DNA of 64,000 bases, from positions 1,724,496 to 1,788,495 of the forward strand of contig CAWEWQ010000001.1 of assembly GCA_963812845.1 (NCBI GenBank), read 5' to 3'. Source of the stretch: an uncultured Actinomycetes bacterium (GTDB lineage Bacteria; Actinomycetota; Thermoleophilia; Solirubrobacterales; 70-9). The first letter of the stretch is position 1, and each line of letters opens with the position of its first letter. Made by a program: the position numbers and the translations under genes. Below, piece after piece: positions 1 to 10,942 of the stretch. The notes below the pieces were generated by a model. That model saw only the letters and a list, made by a program, of their open reading frames with translations, ran no database searches and had not been told where the DNA came from.

Positions 1-435
1 GAAGACCGTCATCGCCCCGTAGCGGCCGTCGGCGGAGACGCGGGCCCGCGAGGGCAGGCCGGTCAGGGCGATCCTGTCGGTCGGGCGCAGCTTGCGAGTC
101 GAAGATCGTCGCCGTCGTAGTCGACCCCGGACGGCGCGACCGCCCATGCAGATGCCGTGGCCCGCGGCGTAGTAGACCCGCTCGCAGGCGAGGTCGGCCG
201 AGCGCTCGCCGCACCTTGCCGTCGTCGATTTCGTAGACGCGGCCGTTGAGGCGCGGGTTCGAGGGGTCGACCGCGCGCACCATCAGGTCGGCTGTGGGCG
301 AGCACCTCGCGTCGCCTCGGGGCGGGCGTCGGTGGTCGTCTCGTCGGGACCCGAGCGCGGCGATCGCGACGTAGCCGCCGCCGAGCGACGACGCAGAGCG
401 ACGACGAGGGCGAGCGAGGATCTTGCCCGCTGCGG

Positions 436-1705
436 CTATCCATGCACCGGGGCCCGCTGCGCCCGGATCAGCAGCGGCGACGGCGACCGCGATCGCCAGG
501 CGCCAGGGCGACGGCGAAGACAAGCACCGCGCTCGTGCAGCCCGATCGCGAACCAGAGGGCGCCGAAGGCGACCGAGGAGACGAGGCGACCGAGGCTGAC
601 CACGGTGATCAGTATCCCGATCCCGCTCGCCTGCAGCTTCTCCGGCAGCACCGCCCCGGCCAGCGCGGTCATCACGCCTTCGGTGGCGGCGAAGTAGCCG
701 CCGAGGGCAGACCAGGCAGACGATCAGAGCCCGTAGCCGACCGAGGTCATCAGCAGCACCCCGTAGACGACGAAGAGCAGCGCGTGGCCGGCCAGCAGCA
801 CCGGCACCTTGCCGACCCGGTCGGCGAGCTGGCCGACCGGGATCGCCAGGGCCATGAAGGAGATCGGCGGTGATCACGTAGAGCAGCGGGAAGACGGCCG
901 GCTCGAAGTCGATCGTGCGCTGCAGGCCGACGTAGATCATCGCGTCGGAGACGCTGGCGATCGAGAGCCCGGCGGCGGCCAGCAGCAGCGGCGCGAAGCG
1001 CGGTCCTTGACGCAGCGCCGGCGGCGGCCCGCAAGCGACGGCGCGGCGTCCCTCGCGCGGCGCCCGCCGCGGCTTGCCCTGCGACGGTGAGGACGAGGAC
1101 GGCGAGGCCGAGCACGGCGAACAGGGTGCTGACGACGAAGACGGCGTCGAAGCGGGCCGGCGCGACGAAGAGGATCCCGAAGGCGACCAGCGGCCCGAGC
1201 ATCGCCCCGACGCTGTCCATCGCCCGGTGCACGCCGAACGAGGTGGCGAGGCTTGTCCTTGGCGCTGGAGAGCGAGATCAGCGCGTCGCGCGGCGCGGTG
1301 CGGATCCCCTTGCCGACCCGGTCGACGGCGACGATCGCGCCGATCCCGCCGATCGTGTTGCCGGCGGCGACCAGCGCCACCTTGCCCAGGGCCGAGAGGC
1401 CGTAGCCGAGCCCGGCGACCTCCTTGTGGCGGCGCCAGCGGTCGGAGGTGAAGCCGCTGGCGACCTGGACCAGGGCGGCGGCGCCGCGGTAGGTGCCGTC
1501 GATCGCGCCGAAGACGAGCGGGCTGGCGCCGAGCGAGAAGACCAGGTACATCGGCAGGACCGTCGCGACCATCTCCGAGGAGACGTCGGTCAGCAGGCTG
1601 ACCAGCGCCGAGCATGACCACGTTGCGCGGCACCCGCAGGCGGGCGGAGTGCCGCGCCCAGAGGCGCGGCTTCAAGAGGGCTTTGGAGGCTTCTACCTGG
1701 TACAT
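436..1705 (-). CDS. MFS transporter (frame broken at least twice in this assembly)
   Basis: ORF pieces 937-1572, 750-1232 and 436-675 read as one multi-TM permease (MVATVLPMYLVFSLGASPLVFGAIDG.., ..MLGPLVAFGILFVAPARFDAVFVVSTLFAVLGLAVLVL.., ..GIGILITVVSLGRLVSSVAFGALWFAIGL). An ATG at 1705 gives MYQVEASK... Confidence 0.6.
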
Positions 1706-1766
1706 GGCATCTCAGAGGAGAGCCGCAGTCCGGTGTTTCGGCGCCCTCAGTGATGCAACGTGCCGA

Positions 1767-3142
1767 CTAGTCCTTTTCTCGCACTTTCGTCGGTCGGCCT
1801 GACCGGACAGCCCGAGCCGCTCGGCGACTTCGCCGGCGACGTCTTCGGCGAAGCCCATCACCGAGTCGCCGTTCAGCAGGTAGGGGTAGATCTGGGCGTT
1901 GGAGGCCAGGGCGAGACCCTCGACCCCGGGCCAGACCGGGGCGATCCGCGGACCCCGTCGCCGCGGCGCGAGCCTGGTGCACCGGCTCGACCAGCTTCGC
2001 CCGCTGCACGGTCCAGTCGACGACCTCGTCGCGGCTGAAGCCGGGCGAGAGGCGGGCGAGGTAGTCGGTGAAGCGGCGGTAGACGGACTCGTCGTCCTCG
2101 CTCTGCTCCGGCGCCTCGGGGTCGCAGTACTTGGGCAGGTAGACGAGGTGGAGGCCGTCGGTGTGCTCGGTGCCGAGCACCTGGGTGGTCTCGACGGCGC
2201 TGGTCATCGGCGTCGGCTCGATGATGTTGATCGCGTAGTAGGGCAGCAGCGAGCGCCGCACCTTGACGATCGGGCAGACGCAGCCGAGCCAGCGCTCGGG
2301 GTAGGGCGCGAGCAGGTGCTGGTGGCGCTCCGGCAGCAGGAACCGCAGCGCCGGCGGCTGCAGGGTCGGGATCGTCAGGTCGAACTCGAGCGTCTCGCCC
2401 TCCAGCTCGACCCCGGTGACCGAGCCGTCCTCGGCCATCGCCAGTCCGCTGACCGGGGCGTCGGTGCGGGCCTCGACCCCGAGCTCGCTCCGCCCGCGCG
2501 ACCATCGCGTCGATCAGGCGCTGGTGGCCGCCGACGATGTGGCCCATTTCCTCGCCGCCGCTGCCCCTTGCCGCTGCGGCGCGCCGGACATGCGCCGGGT
2601 GCGGGCCCAGAGGTAGGTCGCCGGCAGCCCCGAGGGGTCGCCGTCGAAGCGCGAGTCGAGCAGCGGTTTCCAGATCCGCTCCCAGACCTGGTTGCCGCAG
2701 ATCCGCCGCAGCCAGGTCTCGAGCGGGATCGTCTCCAGCTTCTCGTAGGAGCTGCGCAGCTGGCACTGGGCGACGAACATGCCCAGCCGCAGCCGCGCCG
2801 GCGGGCTCAGCGGCGAGAATCGCAGCAGGTCGCCGATGCCGTTGAAGTCGTGCATCTCGCCGTTCGACGAAGAAGCCGGCGCCGACCGGGGTGAAGCGCA
2901 GCTGATCGCCGAGCCCGACCTCCTCGGCCATCGCGATCATCCGCTCGTCGGCGGGGGTGATCACGTGGTAGAAGCGGTCGACCTCGTGGCCGCCGAAGTC
3001 GAAGGTGCCGGCGAGGCCGCCGAGGCTGGGGCCGCGCTCGACCACGGTCACCCGGGCGCCCGGCTGGGCCAGGCGCAGGGCGAGCGAGACGCCGAGGACG
3101 CCGCCGCCGACGACGCCGACGCGCGGTGCAGCTGGCCTCCAT
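1767..3142 (-). CDS. NAD(P)/FAD-dependent oxidoreductase (amine-oxidase/desaturase-like), frameshifted
   Basis: After correcting one indel the N-terminus has a Rossmann motif: MEASCTA-VGVVGGGVLGVSLALRLAQPGARVTVVERGPSLGG. It continues through pieces 1873-3051, 2514-2855 and 1767-2438. The ATG at 3142 overlaps the upstream stop by 1 nt. Confidence 0.6.
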
Positions 3143-3997
3143 CAGCCCTGGACTACCGGAGCCGCGGCCGCTTGCCGCGGGACGCCTTCGGTCACGGTCG
3201 CGGCGGCCGGCTCGGGCAGGCCCATCGGCGCCGTCGCCTCGGCCAGCGGCGAGACCGGCGGCGGCTGGATACGGCCGACGATGTGCGCGGCCATCACCCG
3301 GAAGTAGGCGACGCACGGTCGGTTTCAGCTGCATCTTCGACTCGCCTTTGCGGGTCGTCCAGTCGTTCGTCGTCGGCACCTCGGCGACGGTGGCGCCGGC
3401 GTTGTAGAGCTTCAGCAGCAGCTCGACGTTGGCGGCGAAGCCGGGCTCGCGGACGAGCAGGTAGCCGTAGGTGTCGGCCGCCTTGCGCAGCGTCCCGGCC
3501 CGGTAGACCCGGTAGAGCGAGGAGAGCGTGTGCATCTCGCGCAGGCCGCCGAGGTAGCGGAAGGTGTTGGAGACCGATTTGCTCGCCGCCAGGCGCCAGC
3601 CGGCGACGCCGACGATCTTGCCGCCGGGCGCGTAGACCGAGGCGAGGACGACGTCGGTGCCCCGCTCGAAGAGCTCGAGCATCCGCGGCAGGTCGGAGAG
3701 GTCGGAGGTCGTGTCGGCCTCGAGGGTGACGATCGCGTCGTCGTCGGAGGACTCCTTCAGGGCCGAGCGGATGCCGGTGTTGATCGCCGTGCCGAGACCG
3801 CGGTTGACGGTGTGGGTGACGACCGCCAGGTGCATGTCCTGGGCGTGTTCGCGGATCACGTCGCCGGTGCCGTCGGTGGAGCCGTCGTCGACGATGATCA
3901 CCCGGGCGCCGAGCTCACGGGCCACCGGGGCCAGGTCGGCGAGCAGCCGGGGGATGTTTTCGGCCTCGTTGTAGGCCGGGATCACGAAGCGGATCAT
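3142..3997 (-). CDS. Glycosyltransferase family 2 (dolichyl/polyprenyl-phosphate sugar synthase-like), one frameshift near 3290
   Basis: MIRFVIPAYNEAENIPRLLADL..VIIVDDGSTDGT..TLEADTTSDL.. inside ORF 2807-5053. The ATG at 3997 overlaps the upstream stop at 3994 (ATGA). The true C-terminus (..YFRVMAAHIVGRIQPPP..VVQG*) appears after removing one extra C. Confidence 0.8.
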
Positions 3998-5053
3998 GCG
4001 AAGACCTCCAGGGGGCGGGGGGCGGGGATGTCGAGCAGCTCGACCGGGCGCCGGACCGCGGCGGACTCGCGCACCGCGAGCGCCGCCGCCAGGGCCTTGA
4101 CGCCGTCGTGGGCGCTGACCGGCTCGGGCGTGTCGTCGAGGACGCAGCGGCAGAAGGCTTCGAGCTCGGCCCGCAGCGGCTCCGCCTTGGCGAGCGAGAA
4201 CCGCACCGCGGCGCCCTCGCCGTCGCCGCGCAGGATCGAGAGCCCGTCCCACTGCAGCGGCGCGGTCGTCGACTCGACGAACCAGACGTCCTGGGTGATG
4301 TAGCTGGCCCGCAGCAGCCCGTTCTCGCCGATCAGGGCGATCTCGCGCTTCTTCTCCGGGGTCAGCCAGTTGACGTCGAGCAGGCCCAGCGTCTCCGCCT
4401 CGCCCTCGCCGCCGAAGCGGGCGAGGCAGGTCAGCAGGTCCTCCTGGGAGCTGTGCTGGAAGCGGCCGCCGTCGGCGTAGATCTCGTGGATCGAGCCGTC
4501 GAGGACGTACTGCATCACGTCGAGGTCGTGGGTGGCGAGGTCGATCGCGACGCCGGTGTCCTGGATCCGCGTCGGCAGCGGGCCGACCCGGGTCGTGTGG
4601 GCGCGGTAGACCCGGCCGAGGCGGCCGTCGGCGACCAGCTCGCGCAGCTTCTCGACCGCCGGGTTGAAGCGCTCGACGTGGCCGACCATCAGCTTGCGGT
4701 CGGCCTCGATCGCGGCGCCGCGCATCCGCAGGGCATCGGGCAGCGTCGTCGCGATCGGCTTCTCGACGAGGACGTGGAGGCCGGCGGCGAGCGCCTCCAG
4801 CGCGACCTCGGCGTGGTGCTCGGAGGGACAGGCGATCGAGATCGCGTCGAGCTCGTCGGCGTCTTCGATCATGTCGCGCCAGTCGGAGAACTCGAGCGCC
4901 TGGGCTCCCGCCGAGGGCGCGGCGCCGCGAGCATCCTCGATCGGGATCGGCGACCGCGACCAGCTGGGCGCAGTCGAGCTGGGCGTAGTTGCGGACGTGG
5001 AAGGCGCCCATCCGGCCGCAGCCGACGACGCCGACTCGAAGCTGCTCAGACAA
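3994..5053 (-). CDS. Gfo/Idh/MocA family sugar oxidoreductase, one frameshift near 4930
   Basis: The N-terminus MSEQLRVGVVGCGRMGAFHVRNYAQL (frame of ORF 2807-5053) joins ..ISIACPSEHHAEVALEALAAGLHVLVEKPIATT..VGHVERFNPAV.. (frame of ORF 3994-5985). Confidence 0.75.
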
Positions 5054-6115
5054 CGGACTCCTCCCGGGCGCGGTCGAGGTGGGAAACGGTCAGCTCGGCG
5101 ATCCGCTCGGCCGCGTGCCCGTCGCCGAAGATCGGCGGACGCGCGTCGGGCAGCGGCTTCGCGAGGGCGTCGCGGAACTTCTCGGCGTCGACGCCGACCA
5201 GCGTGTTCCAGCCGGTCGAGACGGTCTCGATCCACTCGGTCTCCTCGCGCATCGTGATGCACGGCACCCCCCAGAGGTAAGCCTCGCGCTGGACCCCGCC
5301 GGAGTCGGTCGCGATCGCGACCGCGTCCGCGCTCGAGGATCAGCATCTCGGTGTAGGTCACCGGGTCGCGCATCTCGACGTTGGCAGGGACCTCGAGGTT
5401 CCAGGTCTCGATGCTCTTCCGCGTCCGCGGGTGCAGCGGGAAGATCACCCGGCACTCGGCGGCGCCGAGGCAGTCGAGGACGGCGCCGAGCCGCTCCGGC
5501 GGAGTCGGTGTTGTAGTTGCGGTGGGCGGTGGCAAGGACGTACTCGCCTTCCTCGCCGCCGCTCGGGCAGACGGGCGCGGGTCGCCAGGAGGACGTCGGC
5601 GAGGACGTCGCCGGTGACGTGGATCGCGCCCGCCTACGCCCTCTTCGACGAGGACCTCGCGGGCGTGCTCGCAGGGAGCGAAGAGAAGGTCGGAGAGCTG
5701 ATCGGTCTCGATCCGGTTGGCCTCCTCCGGCATGTCCTGCCGGTAGCTGCGCAGGCCGGACTCGACGTGGAGCAGCGTCACCCCGGCGGCGACCGCGGCG
5801 CGGGCGCCGGCGATCGTCGCGTGGTGTCGCCGCGGACCAGGACCGCGTCGGGTTCGCGGCTCTCGATCACGCGGCCGATCCGCTCCTCGGCCACCGCGAC
5901 CGCCGCCGTCGGCGGCAGCGAGCCGACCCCGAGGTTGAACTCCGGGCAGCGGCAGGTGCAGGTCGGCGATCTGCAGATCCGACATCCCGGGGTCGTAGTG
6001 CTGGCCCGGTGTGGACCAGGATCTCCTCGACGCAGCTCGAGTAGGCGAGCGAGAGCGGTGCCGCCTGGACGATCTCGGGACGGGAGCCGATGATGGAGAC
6101 GATCCGGGCTGCCAT
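5046..6115 (-). CDS. UDP-N-acetylglucosamine 2-epimerase (non-hydrolysing, WecB/MnaA-like), multiple frameshifts
   Basis: N-terminus MAARIVSIIGSRPEIVQAAPL (5867-6115). Mid region ..LLHVESGLRSYRQDMPEEANRIETDQLSDLLFAP.. C-terminus ..CITMREETEWIETVSTGWNTLVG..IFGDGHAAERIAE (5046-5267). Confidence 0.7.
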
Positions 6116-6258
6116 GGGTAATCAACGCACGAGCGCGCCGTGTCTTTTGCGCCGCCCGGAAAATGTCCGCCGGCAATCTGAGCCTCAGACCTTTTTCAGC
6201 CTCCGGAGCAGGCAGGGTGGCGCAAGTGTTCCGGGGTCGCGGCCGTTGTCTCTTACGC

Positions 6259-6956
6259 ATGGAGGCCCACGGACTCACCCGCAGCGAGACGACCGCCGAG
6301 GTCGCCGCGAAGCCGCGCTGGCGTCAACGTCCTGCGCCGCTGCTTCGACCTCGTCGTTTCGCCTGGCCCTCGATCCTCCTGCTCAGCCCGATTCTGATCG
6401 GCGGTCGCACTCGCGGTCCGCCTCGACAGCCGCGGGCCCGCCCTCTTCCGCCAGCGGCGGGTCGGCTACCGGGAAGCGGGAGTTCACCCTCTTCAAGTTC
6501 CGCAGCATGCGGGTCGACGCCGACCCGCGCGGCCACCAGGAGTACGTGACCGCGCTGATCAAGGGCGAGAGACGCAGACCCCAGAGCGGCGGGCGCGACG
6601 ATCTCTACAAGCTCGCGGTCGACGACCGGATCACCGCGGTCGGGCGCTGGATCAGGCGCTGGAGCCTCGACGAGCTGCCCCAGCTCTTCAACGTCGTCAA
6701 CGGCGACATGACCCTGGTCGGACCGCGCCCGGCGATCCCCTACGAGGTCGCCGAGTACCCGAGCTGGTACCGCGAGCGGTTCTCCGTCAAGCCGGGCCTG
6801 ACCGGCTACTGGCAGGTCAGCGGCCGCAGCGAACGGACCTACGAGGAAATGGTCCGCCTCGACATCGAGTACGCCGAGCGGCGGTCGCTCGGCCTCGACC
6901 TCTCAATCCTTCTCAAGACCCCATGGGTCGTCCTAAGTCGAAAGGGAGCAGCGTGA
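6259..6956 (+). CDS. Polyprenyl-phosphate sugar-phosphate transferase (bacterial sugar transferase, WbaP/EpsL-like small type), frameshifted N-terminus
   Basis: GREFTLFKFRSMRVDAD..DDRITAVGRWIRRWSLDELPQLFNVVNGDMTLVGPRPAIPYEV..KPGLTGYWQVSGRS. The N-terminal TM segment (CFDLVVS..ILLLSPIL) lies in a second frame. Confidence 0.75.
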
Positions 6957-8044
6957 ATCCAGCAGGTGCAATCGGAACCATGGTCGTCGGCTACGGCTAC
7001 TGGGGCCCGAACATCGTCCGCAACGTCGTCGAGCGTCCCGAGTTCCGCCTGATGGGCCTCTGCGAGCTCGACGAGGGCCGCGCCGAAGACTTCCGCCGCC
7101 GCCACCCCGGGGTCTGGATCGAGCCCGACCTCGACGCCGCGCTCGCCGATCCGCGGATCGAGGCGGTGGCGATCGCCACCCCTCCCCACACCCACTACAA
7201 CCTCGTCCGCCGCGCGCTGGAGGCCGGCAAGCACGTGCTGGTCGAGAAGCCGCTGGCCCGGACCGCCGAGGAGGCCGCGGCGCTGGTCGCGCTGGCCGAC
7301 GAGCTCGGCCTGGTGATGATGCCCGGCCACACCTTCGTCTACAGCCCCTCGGTCAACAAGGTCCGCGACCTGATCCAGACCGACGAGCTGGGCGAGATCT
7401 ACTTCGTCACCTCCTCGCGCATGAACCTCGGGCTCTACCAGCAGGACGGCGTCGTCCTCGACCTCGCGCCGCACGACCTCTCGATCCTGCTGCACTGGCT
7501 CGACAAGCCGCTGCTCGAGGTCTCGGCGACCGGCCGCAGCGTCTTCCAGGAGGGCGTCCACGAGACCGCCTTCCTCACCCTGCGCTTCGAGGGCGGCACC
7601 CAGGCCAACGTCCAGCTCTCCTGGCTGGCGCCGCGCAAGATGCGGCAGATGGTCGTCGTCGGCAGCCGCCGGATGGTCCAGTACGAGGACACCGCGGCCG
7701 ACGACTCGGTCCGGATCTACGACCGCGGCCTCGACTTCGCCGAGCCGCCCGCCAACTTCGGCGAGTACCGCCTCACCTACCGCACCGGCGACATGGTCGC
7801 GCCGCGGGTCCAGGCGCTGGAGCCGCTCGGCCAGGAGCTGAGGACTTCGCCGCCGCGATCCACGAGGGCACCACGCCGGTCTCCAACGCCCGCCTCGGGC
7901 CTCGAGATCGTGCTCGGCCTCGAGGCCCTGGAGCAGTCGCTGGCGAACCAGCGGCGAAGCCGGTCGCGGTCCGCTCCGTCGCCGAGGCGCTGGAGGCCGC
8001 CGCCCGGGCCGACCTCTCGGCGCCAGGTCCCCAGCAGCGACTAG
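6953..8044 (+). CDS. Gfo/Idh/MocA family oxidoreductase, frameshift near 7845 (true 3' end uncertain)
   Basis: MVVGYGYWGPNIVRNV..AVAIATPPHTHYNLVRRALEAGKHVLVEKPLA... The GTG at 6953 overlaps the upstream stop (GTGA). An alternative ATG lies at 6980. Confidence 0.75.
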   Translation: MNPAGAIGTMVVGYGYWGPNIVRNVVERPEFRLMGLCELDEGRAEDFRRRHPGVWIEPDLDAALADPRIEAVAIATPPHTHYNLVRRALEAGKHVLVEKPLARTAEEAAALVALADELGLVMMPGHTFVYSPSVNKVRDLIQTDELGEIYFVTSSRMNLGLYQQDGVVLDLAPHDLSILLHWLDKPLLEVSATGRSVFQEGVHETAFLTLRFEGGTQANVQLSWLAPRKMRQMVVVGSRRMVQYEDTAADDSVRIYDRGLDFAEPPANFGEYRLTYRTGDMVAPRVQALEPLGQELRTSPPRSTRAPRRSPTPASGLEIVLGLEALEQSLANQRRSRSRSAPSPRRWRPPPGPTSRRQVPSSD

Positions 8045-8485
8045 CGGCTCGGGCTCCGAAGTCGGTAACCGCGCGTGGGTCCGCGCGCGGAACGACGCCG
8101 AGAAAGTCGAGCTCGGCCAGGTAGACGAGCACCGCGTGAGCGGCCAGACGGGTCGTCGTCGTCCGCTGCCGGCGGGCCTCCTGCGCCAGCAGCGCCTCGG
8201 TCTCTCGGTCGAGCGTCAGGTCGAATTTCGCCTGCGGCCGAGGGCTCGGAGCGCAGGAAGCGGGGCGCGCGCGATCGGCCTGCGCCCGGCCTTCAGCTTG
8301 TAGGCGTAGTGCAGCAGCGCCTTGCGCGCACCGGCCAGGATATCGTCAGCGCCGAAATGCCCTTCGAGTCCGCTACAGGCAAGTTTTCCGAGTTCGACAT
8401 CTGACCATGCTCTGTAAAGAACTCCCCGAGGGTGGCCAACATTTTCACGCATGCGGCGGATTCCTCCTAACTTCAGACTCTTCAC
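8045..8485 (-). CDS. Hypothetical protein with a ribbon-helix-helix-like C-terminal segment (frames unresolved)
   Basis: ORF 8216-8485 (GTG start) is followed in another frame by ..FDLTLDRETEALLAQEARRQRTTTTRLAAHAVLVYLAEL, a CopG/Arc-like RHH pattern. No independent start exists for the RHH part. Confidence 0.25.
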
Positions 8486-8754
8486 AACTCCCCTAGACGA
8501 ATACCGAAAAAGTCTGCGTTTACAGGAAAGTCGCGAGCCTCGCTCCTAATTAGTCGAAAATTGTGCTTGACAATTCGCCAGGGCGGTGATCAGGCTTCCG
8601 CGCAATTAGCCCGCTCCCTCGGAGGGGGCTTCGGTCTTATTCCCCCATTTTGGGAATTTTTTTGAAACCAGACAATTTCCATGAGAAGGAGCTCACCGCA
8701 CTTCCTCTTGGAAGCATTGGACTCGAAAAACCAGTGGTAGTGCATGCGGTGAGC

Positions 8755-9365
8755 ATGAGGGAGAGCATCGATGAGCAGCGCGTCCGACGGCCATCACGCG
8801 AGCCAGGGACCAGCAATCTGACCCGCGAAGCCGTAGCTCGAGCGAAGGCAGGAGACTCGGAGGGGCTGCATTACCTGTACGTTCGCTACGCGGATGACGT
8901 CCTCCGTTACGTAAACGGCATGATCCGCGACCACCACGAGGCCGAAGACATCACCCAGAACGTCTTCGCCAAGCTGATGACGGCGATCAACAAGTACGAG
9001 GAGCGCGCGGTTCCCTTCGACGCCTGGATCCTGCGCGTCGCCCGCAACGCCGCCCTCGACCACCTGCGGGCGAAGCGCAGCGATCCCGACCGAGGAGGTC
9101 AGGCTGACCGACACCGGTCGGCGCCCAGACCGGCCTGGACCGCGGTCAGGCCCTGCGCCAGGCGCTGGAAGACCTGCCCGAGGACCAGCGCGAGGTGCTC
9201 GTGCTGCGGCACATCGTCGGACTCTCACCGGTCGAGATCGCCGACACCCTCGACAAGAGCGAGAGCTCGGTGCACGGCCTCCACCATCGCGGTCGCCGCT
9301 CGCTGCGAGCCAACCTGAGCGAGCTCGACGCGGCGCCGGTCGTCGCCTCACCACCGCCTAGCTAG
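8755..9365 (+). CDS. ECF-type sigma-70 family RNA polymerase sigma factor, one frameshift near 9090
   Basis: Region 2: HHEAEDITQNVFAKLMTAI..FDAWILRVARNAALDHLR. Region 4 lies in a second frame: LPEDQREVLVLRHIVGLSPVEIADTLDKSESSVHGLHHRGRRSL. The ATG at 8755 follows an AT-rich leader. Confidence 0.75.
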
Positions 9366-9795
9366 CCGCTCTGCGCCGCCCTCGCCCGAGCCGAGGTCGT
9401 CGAGGATCCTCTGGGTGACCCGGCCTGCGTCGAGCTCGGCCGCGAAGTAGAAGGCGGCGTGCTCGAGCAAGCTGCTCGACCGATACACCCTGTCCAGCGG
9501 CCGCCTGCCTCGAAGTCCCGCCAGAGATCCTCCGCCGACCGCGAGCTCGAGCTCGACGTCCTTCTGCGTCTCGCTACCCCGGAGGAAGCTCGGGGTAGGC
9601 CCAGGCGGGCCTGACCGCTGCCGCTGTCCCCCAGGTAGCAGCGAAGCGCGTTCTCCATCCTCAGCGACGAGTCGACGATCGCGGTTTCCGCCCGTCAACG
9701 ACGTCGAATGCGAGCTCGCTCAGGGCAATGGTGACTCGCGCTCTCTGCGCTTTCGTCGCGCGCCAAGCCCAGTTCCTCCCACAGTCATCGCCCAT
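9348..9795 (-). CDS. Hypothetical protein (three frame pieces, function unknown)
   Basis: An ATG near 9795 gives MGDDCGRNWAWRATKAQRARVTIALSELAFDVVDG... Later pieces are MENALRCYLGD.. and ..LLEHAAFYFAAELDAGRVTQRILDDLG. It is convergent with the sigma factor gene and overlaps its 3' end. Confidence 0.2.
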
Positions 9796-9894
9796 CGGTA
9801 CATCGGCCTACCCCTATGACTGGTCTGGCTAACTAGCCCGATCTATTATCTAACCGATCTTCGCACCCCGGCGCAACACCCAAAATCTCGACAC

Positions 9895-10910
9895 TCAGTC
9901 CAGCAGACCCTTCTCGCGCGCGCCGGCGACCGTCTGTCGCAGGGTCTCCGCGGCGTCGTAGCGCGGCTCGCCAGCCCAGCTCCCGCCGCGCCTTCGCGCG
10001 TCCATCAGGACCGGCGTGTCCGCGCGCGCTCGCCCACTCGAGCTTCGAGGAGGCGAAGCTGAGACGGCGGGCGGCCGCGGTGCCGAGGCCGACGGCGAGG
10101 CGCGGAACCGGGATCGAGCGCCAGCCGAGCTCGCGGGCGATGTCGCCGATCCGGACCTCGCCCTCGCCGGCGAGGTTGTAGGCGCCGGGCGGGCCGTCGC
10201 CGCAGATCGCCGCCGCCATCGCCCGGGCGACGTCGTCGTGGTGGACGAGCTGGACCGGGACGCCGGGATCGGGCAGGACCGGGCGTCACCAGCGGCAGCT
10301 TTTCGACCCCCGGCGCAGCAGCGGCACCGGATCGCCGGCGCGCACCGCGTCGACGGTCTGCTCGATCAGCATCGTCGCCCGCGGCCCGGCGACGATGCAC
10401 GGCCGGAAGACGTAGGCCTCCACCCCACTTCCCGGCAGCAGCCGGTCGAGCAACCCCTCGAGCTCTGCCTTCTGGGCCGAGTAGTAGAAGCTCTCGCTGC
10501 CCCGGGCGGGAACGTCCTCGGTCAACGGCTGCGGGTTCTCGGGGTGGAAGCCGTAGGCGGCAACCGAGGAGGCGTAGACCGAGCCGCTGGACCCCGGCGC
10601 GGATCGCCGCCTCGAAGACGTTCCGCGTCCCCTCGAGATTGACCTTCCGCGTCTCCTCCCTGCTCGCCGAAGATCGCAAAGGCAAGGTGCACCGCGACGT
10701 CGACTCCGTCGAACAGCGCCGCCAAGCGCGCCCCGATCGAGAATGTCCCCCCGCCGGTAGCTCGACCTTCGCCCACCCCTCATCAGCAGGATCGAACGGC
10801 CGCCGTGCCATCCCCAGCACGCTCCCCACCTCGTCCCTCCTCTCCAACTCGGCCATCAAAGGCTTCCCGATCTCACCCGTGGGTCCCGTGACTGCGACTT
10901 TCAAAGCCAT
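9895..10910 (-). CDS. NAD-dependent epimerase/dehydratase family protein, frameshifted
   Basis: MALKVAVTGPTGEIGKPLMAEL.. (GxxGxxG), ..VYASSVAAYGFHPENPQP..ESFYYSAQKAELE (YxxxK), ..VFRPCIVAGP... The corrected C-terminus ends ..AGAREKGLLD* at 9895. Confidence 0.7.
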
Positions 10911-10942
10911 CGGGCCATGCTAGTCAGCTATTGCCGGTCAGC

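Noticed and set aside
1-435. Coding potential on the minus strand at the window start (ORF 63-443 and other frames)
   Set aside because: Fragments such as ..NPRLNGRVYEIDDGKV.. and ..YYAAGHGICMGG.. look protein-like. They are spread over frames and truncated by the window edge, so I cannot assign a family or borders.
8567-8595. Candidate sigma-70-type promoter (TTGACA at 8567-8572) upstream of the ECF sigma gene
   Set aside because: No acceptable -10 hexamer (TAnnnT) lies at 16-19 nt spacing; the sequence there is tcaggc. It is therefore not listed as a feature.
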